DNA of 10,894 nucleotides from a virus (Duplodnaviria; Heunggongvirae; Uroviricota; Caudoviricetes): IMG/VR virus record IMGVR_UViG_2740892526_000019; one strand, 5' to 3'. Shown piece by piece: positions 7,279 to 10,894 of this stretch (position 1 is its first letter; each line of letters starts with the position of its first letter). The notes under the pieces were generated by a model. It saw only the letters and a program-made list of their open reading frames with translations, ran no database searches and was not told where the DNA came from. The position numbers and the translations under genes were made by a program.

Positions 7279-7503
7279 ATGCCGATGAAATTTGATGAGA
7301 TATTAAAACAGCGTGATAAATACCATGCTGACAACATGGAGACGATGAGCATCAATGATTACCGCGCATTCCTGGAGACGGGCGCACTGATTGAAAAGGA
7401 TCAGCATGGTTTTGTGAGATGTGCTCTGTCCGGTGAAATGCTGGCGGTAAATCCTGAACAGATAGATGCATTGATAGAATTTCTGAAAGGGATCAGGGAC
7501 TGA
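7279..7503 (+). CDS. Hypothetical protein (74 aa), moron-like cassette
   Basis: ATG at 7279 after GAGG (7267..7270). Bracketed by two near-identical terminators. The track's longer ORF from 7201 starts inside the terminator-proximal region and lacks an SD. Confidence 0.5.
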   Translation: MPMKFDEILKQRDKYHADNMETMSINDYRAFLETGALIEKDQHGFVRCALSGEMLAVNPEQIDALIEFLKGIRD

Positions 7504-7514
7504 GCACGCATACA

Positions 7515-7535
7515 GCCGGAGCAATCCGGCTTTTT
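7515..7535 (+). terminator. Rho-independent terminator, near-duplicate of 7161..7183
   Basis: Stem GCCGGA (7515..7520), loop GCAA, stem TCCGGC (7525..7530), then T5. Matches the upstream terminator at 22 of 23 positions (CAGCCGGAG-A/C-AATCCGGCTTTTT). Confidence 0.7.
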
Positions 7536-7554
7536 GTCATTTTTTGTAAATTAT

Positions 7555-7580
7555 TTGTTCGTGGTTGTTCCACGTTGTTC
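7555..7580. promoter_or_regulatory. Three TTGTTC hexamers at 10-bp phasing; inverted copy of the 1297..1322 site
   Basis: TTGTTC at 7555, 7565, 7575. The reverse complement matches 1294..1322 over about 26 bp with 1 or 2 mismatches. Lies about 215 bp upstream of the capsid gene. Confidence 0.35.
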
Positions 7581-7757
7581 ACTGACAGGATCGGCATATT
7601 TTACCCGAACTGAATCATGAGTATTCTCGCCCGTGGTGCCAGGACGCTGGGGCCACTTTCCCGCCTGTTAATGTGCTCGCCAATATTCATTACCAGGCGG
7701 GAAAACGATCGGTGCGATTGCTGATTTCCTTATGAAAAACGGTTGAGTTTTTGCCGC

Positions 7758-7795
7758 GTCCTGGAGTTCCTTACTTAACCCCAGGACTTTTTTTT
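7758..7795 (+). promoter_or_regulatory. Hairpin plus T8 immediately upstream of the capsid ATG; likely sequesters the SD
   Basis: Stem GTCCTGG (7758..7764) / CCAGGAC (7781..7787), 16-nt loop, then TTTTTTTT (7788..7795) directly abutting ATG 7796. The AGGA SD (7783..7786) lies in the 3' arm. Confidence 0.4.
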
Positions 7796-8953
7796 ATGCC
7801 GAGAATAATCGAATTACGCCAGCAGAAAACCGCCATTAAAAATCAGATGCGCGACATGCTGGAGAACGCGGAAAAAGAAAACCGCAGCCTTAACGATGCA
7901 GAGGGCGCAAAATTTGACGAATTACGCGCTAAAGCTGAATCCCTCGATAAAGACATTTCCCGCCTTGAAGCCATTGCAGACGAAGAGCGCAGCAAGCCAG
8001 GTAAAAGCAGCCAGACCACTGACCCGGCAGAACTCCGCAACTACATCCTGACAGGTGAAACCCGCGCATTAAGTACAGGCGTTCCCGCTGATGGTGGTTA
8101 TACCGTTATCCCCGAACTGAACACCGAAATCATGCGAATGCTGACGGATGAATCCACCATGCGCCGCATCTGTACCGTGAAGAAAATCAGCAGCAACGAG
8201 TTTAAGCAGCTTGTTTCCGCTGGCGGTGCGACCGTTAACCACGGTGAAGAGGGTAAGACACGCGAACAGACCAGCACCCCGCAGATTAACGAGGTGAGCA
8301 TTAAGCTGTATCCGGTCTATGCGTACCCGCGCACCACACAGGAAATCGTGGATTTTTCCGATGTGGACATCCTTTCATGGCTGACGGGTGAGATTGGCGA
8401 CACCTTCACGGAAACCGAAGAAAGCGATCTGGTTGTGGGCGACGGTGACAAAAAAGCAAAAGGTTTTTTATCCGTACCCCGTGCAGAGAAGAACGACAAA
8501 GAGCGTGATTTTGGTACGTTGCAGGTAATTAAACCTTCCGAATCTCTGGCGTGGACATCTGCGGACCCGCTGATCGACCTGAAATTTGCATTACGTAAAA
8601 AATACCGCAAAAACGCGGTCTGGGTGGTTAACTCCACGACGGCGGCAAAACTTCAGAAGGTGAAGAACGCGAACGGTGATTACATCTGGCGCGACCGTTT
8701 ACAGGCGGGTGATCCTGATACGTTGCTGGGCCTTCCGGTCGAATATCTGGAGTTTATGCCTGATAACGTTATTGCCCTGGGTGACTTCAAACGCGGTTAC
8801 TACATTGTTGATCACGAAACAGGTGTTCGCACCAGACCGGACAACCTCACAGAGCCGGGTTTCATCAAAATTTTCACGCAGAAATATTTAGGCGGTGGCG
8901 TGGTGGATTCGAACGCGATCAAGATTCTGGAACTGCCACAGGACGACGATTAA
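7796..8953 (+). CDS. HK97-family major capsid protein with N-terminal coiled-coil delta (scaffolding) domain
   Basis: 385-aa ORF from ATG 7796 (alternative TTG at 7751). N-terminal charged coiled coil (ELRQQKTAIKNQMRDMLENAEK...). C-terminal motifs typical of the HK97 fold (YRKNAVWVVNSTTAAKL, GDYIWRD, LLGLPVEY, ALGDFKRGYYIVDHETG). Confidence 0.85.
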   Translation: MPRIIELRQQKTAIKNQMRDMLENAEKENRSLNDAEGAKFDELRAKAESLDKDISRLEAIADEERSKPGKSSQTTDPAELRNYILTGETRALSTGVPADGGYTVIPELNTEIMRMLTDESTMRRICTVKKISSNEFKQLVSAGGATVNHGEEGKTREQTSTPQINEVSIKLYPVYAYPRTTQEIVDFSDVDILSWLTGEIGDTFTETEESDLVVGDGDKKAKGFLSVPRAEKNDKERDFGTLQVIKPSESLAWTSADPLIDLKFALRKKYRKNAVWVVNSTTAAKLQKVKNANGDYIWRDRLQAGDPDTLLGLPVEYLEFMPDNVIALGDFKRGYYIVDHETGVRTRPDNLTEPGFIKIFTQKYLGGGVVDSNAIKILELPQDDD

Positions 8954-8963
8954 CAGCATACAG

Positions 8964-8992
8964 AAGGGGCTTAAAAGCCCCTTTAGTGTTTT
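8964..8992 (+). terminator. Partial terminator / attenuator after the capsid gene
   Basis: Stem AAGGGGC (8964..8970), loop TTAAAA, stem GCCCCTT (8977..8983), then TAGTGTTTT. Confidence 0.45.
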
Positions 8993-9007
8993 ATGGGTGA
9001 AAAAATT

Positions 9008-9565
9008 ATGAAGAGTATGGAAATCCGGTCATCGGAAATCACCACCAGCGCCAGCAACACGCTTACAGGCTACGTTGTTCGCTGGGATAACCTTTCAGAG
9101 CTGCTATGGGGGGAGTTTTACGAAAAATTCCAGCGGGGAGCGTTTACTGAATGGCTTGCGGCGGGTAATGACGTTCGCGGCCTGTATGAGCATGACCACA
9201 GCATGTTACTGGGGCGCACCCGTTCCGGCACGCTGAAACTGGAAGAGGACGAAACAGGGTTACGCTTTGAACTGACCCCACCGGATACCAGTACAGGGCG
9301 CGACGTTATCGAACTGGTTAAGCGTGGGGACATCTCGGGGATGAGCTTTGGCTTTCGCTCCCGTAAGGATGTATGGGATACCACAACAGATCCATGCGTG
9401 CGCACCGTGCTGGTGGCGGAACTGTACGAAATTACCGTTACATCGGTACCGGCTTACCCCGATTCCGGCGTGGAGCTGGCCCGCCGTTCCCTGTATGAGC
9501 AGCACCCCGAAAAAATGCCGCGTGCGGATAATCGCCGCTGGTGGGCGGATTTAGCGGGGGTGTGA
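9008..9565 (+). CDS. HK97-family prohead protease
   Basis: ATG 9008 preceded by GGTGA; alternative in-frame ATGs at 8993 and 9017. Motifs GYVVRWD, catalytic-region HDHSMLLG and GMSFGF, and C-terminal EITVTSVPAYP are typical of this protease family. Confidence 0.8.
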   Translation: MKSMEIRSSEITTSASNTLTGYVVRWDNLSELLWGEFYEKFQRGAFTEWLAAGNDVRGLYEHDHSMLLGRTRSGTLKLEEDETGLRFELTPPDTSTGRDVIELVKRGDISGMSFGFRSRKDVWDTTTDPCVRTVLVAELYEITVTSVPAYPDSGVELARRSLYEQHPEKMPRADNRRWWADLAGV

Positions 9566-9566
9566 T

Positions 9567-10778
9567 ATGTGGCCTTTCAGAAGAAAAAAAGAGCAGCGCA
9601 GCATGACGCTTGATGAGTTTATGGCGCTGGCTGGCACATCGAACACGGGGGCGGGTGAGTACGTATCATCGGGGACAGCGGAATCACTGCCCGCCGTCAT
9701 GAACGCCGTGACGGTCATCTCTGAGGCGGTGGCTACCATGCCGTGTTACCTGTACCTGGTACGCAATGAGAAGGGGAAGGAGGCCCGCGAGTGGCTTGAT
9801 TCTCATCCGGTCGATCATATCCTCAACGAGCGCCCGAACGCGTGGCAGACGCCCTATCAGTTTAAGCGAATGATGGTCCGCCACTGCCTGTTAAACGGTA
9901 ATGCTTATGCGGTGATTCAGTGGGGGCGTGATGGTTTTCCGGTGGCTTTGCACCCTTACCCGCCGCAGTCGGTGAACGTGGAGCAGACAGGCGAACACAA
10001 CTGGCGCTATTGCATCACTGACGCCTACACCGGAAACACCCACAACTATTTACCGTGGGAAGTACTTCACCTTCGTTACTCCACGGATGACGGCTTTATG
10101 GGGCGCTCACCTGTAACCATCTGCCGCGAATCGCTGGGGCTTGGGCTGGCCCAACAACGCCACGGCGCGAGCGTGATGCGTGATGGCATGATGGCGGCAG
10201 GGGTTATCACGTCAGGCGAATGGCTGGACGGCGTGAAGGGCAAACAGGCATTAGCCGCACTGGAACGCTACAAAGGGGCCAGAAACGCCGGAAAAACGCC
10301 CATCCTTGAAGGGGGTATGAGCTATCAGCAGCTGGGCATGAGTAATCAGGATGCTGAATGGCTGGCCTCCCGTCGCTTTACCATTGAAGACATCGCCCGA
10401 ATGTTCAACGTCTCGCCGATTTTTTTGCAGGAATACAGCAACAGCACCTACAGCAATTTCAGCGAGGCAAGCCGCGCATTTCTCACCATGACGATGCGCC
10501 CGTGGCTGGCGAACTTTGAGCAGCAGATAAAAAACGCCCTGCTGGTGGCCTCGCCTGTACCTGGTATCCGGTATCAGGTGGAGTTTGACAGCGCGGACCT
10601 GTTACGGGCCACACCTGGCGAACGCTTTGCCACCTATGAGCGCGGCATCAAATCCGGCGTTATGTGCCCGAACGAAGCCCGCGAACGTGAAGGACTGTCA
10701 CCGCGTGATGGTGGTGATGAGTTCAGCCAGGCATGGAAACAGGAAGTAAAAATCAGCGAGGGAGAAAAACCGGAATGA
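9567..10778 (+). CDS. HK97-family portal protein
   Basis: 403-aa ORF with ATG 1 nt after the protease stop and a GGGGGTG SD. Conserved portal-like blocks (HPVDHILNERPN, LLNGNAYAVI, WLASRRFTIEDIARMF, NFSEASRAF, PNEAREREGL). Confidence 0.8.
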   Translation: MWPFRRKKEQRSMTLDEFMALAGTSNTGAGEYVSSGTAESLPAVMNAVTVISEAVATMPCYLYLVRNEKGKEAREWLDSHPVDHILNERPNAWQTPYQFKRMMVRHCLLNGNAYAVIQWGRDGFPVALHPYPPQSVNVEQTGEHNWRYCITDAYTGNTHNYLPWEVLHLRYSTDDGFMGRSPVTICRESLGLGLAQQRHGASVMRDGMMAAGVITSGEWLDGVKGKQALAALERYKGARNAGKTPILEGGMSYQQLGMSNQDAEWLASRRFTIEDIARMFNVSPIFLQEYSNSTYSNFSEASRAFLTMTMRPWLANFEQQIKNALLVASPVPGIRYQVEFDSADLLRATPGERFATYERGIKSGVMCPNEAREREGLSPRDGGDEFSQAWKQEVKISEGEKPE

Positions 10779-10894
10779 ACATAGGGCGACTGCGTGACAG
10801 GATAACGATTCAGACCCTGAAACAGACCAGAGCCATGACGGGCGAAATACTCGAAACGTGGGAGGACGGTCACACACTCTGGGCAAGCGTGAAC
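10775..10894 (+). CDS. Head-tail adaptor / head-tail joining protein, N-terminal 40 codons (truncated by window end)
   Basis: ATG at 10775 overlaps the portal stop (ATGA). N-terminus MNIGRLRDRITIQ resembles the start of phage head-tail joining proteins. Only 40 codons are visible. Confidence 0.5.
   Translation, partial: MNIGRLRDRITIQTLKQTRAMTGEILETWEDGHTLWASVN

Larger units (their letters stand above)
1..10894 (+). mobile_element. Integrated phage satellite (PICI-type, capsid-forming-like); window covers the integrase end through the head module
   Basis: Co-directional int, alpA, primase/helicase, iteron origin, then HK97-type capsid, protease, portal and adaptor genes; several overlapping start/stop codons; no large terminase or tail genes in the window. 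att sites are not visible, so element boundaries are not established. Confidence 0.65.

Noticed and set aside
7303..7524. 73-aa minus-strand ORF
   Set aside because: Antisense to the better-supported + strand 74-aa ORF, which has an SD and a terminator; the minus-strand ORF has no start signals.
7585..7750. P2/P4-type late-promoter activator site (TGT-N12-ACA) upstream of the capsid gene
   Set aside because: I scanned the region by eye and found no TGT-N12-ACA dyad. The element also lacks sid, psu and delta, so P4-type late control is not supported.
7751..7795. TTG at 7751 as the capsid start, as given in the ORF track
   Set aside because: No convincing SD upstream, and the extension would place a hairpin and a T8 run inside the first 15 codons. 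ATG 7796 with AGGA 9 nt upstream is preferred, but the TTG start is not excluded.
1..10894. A known anti-phage defence system (restriction-modification, toxin-antitoxin, abortive infection, retron, CBASS and similar)
   Set aside because: No ORF has the size or recognisable motifs of known defence enzymes. The only P-loop protein is the replication initiator. Any defence role for the small ORFs is speculative and is listed under findings.

Overview
This window looks like the left ~11 kb of an integrated phage satellite of the phage-inducible chromosomal island (PICI) type, probably the capsid-forming class, in an enterobacterial-like genome. All calls are from reading the sequence and the ORF track; no database search was run. 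Nearly all genes are on the + strand, in this order: tyrosine integrase (1..1230), AlpA-like regulator (1595..1783), a two-ORF unit on the minus strand led by a ribbon-helix-helix protein (2053..2475) with paired palindromic operators, five overlapping small ORFs (2610..3713) running into a 710-aa primase/helicase-type replication protein (3710..5842), an iteron replication origin (5865..6180), a small ORF plus an SSB-like protein plus a PerC-like regulator (6213..7154), a 74-aa ORF bracketed by two near-identical terminators (7279..7503), and an HK97-type head module (major capsid 7796..8953, prohead protease 9008..9565, portal 9567..10778, start of a head-tail adaptor 10775..10894). No large terminase, tail genes, CRISPR array, tRNA or rRNA is visible. 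I did not recognise any known defence system. The best candidates for something undescribed are the divergent RHH switch with its in-frame-split reading frame, the small-ORF operon ahead of the primase, the terminator-bracketed 74-aa gene, and a pair of inverted triple-hexamer sites (1297..1322 and 7555..7580).
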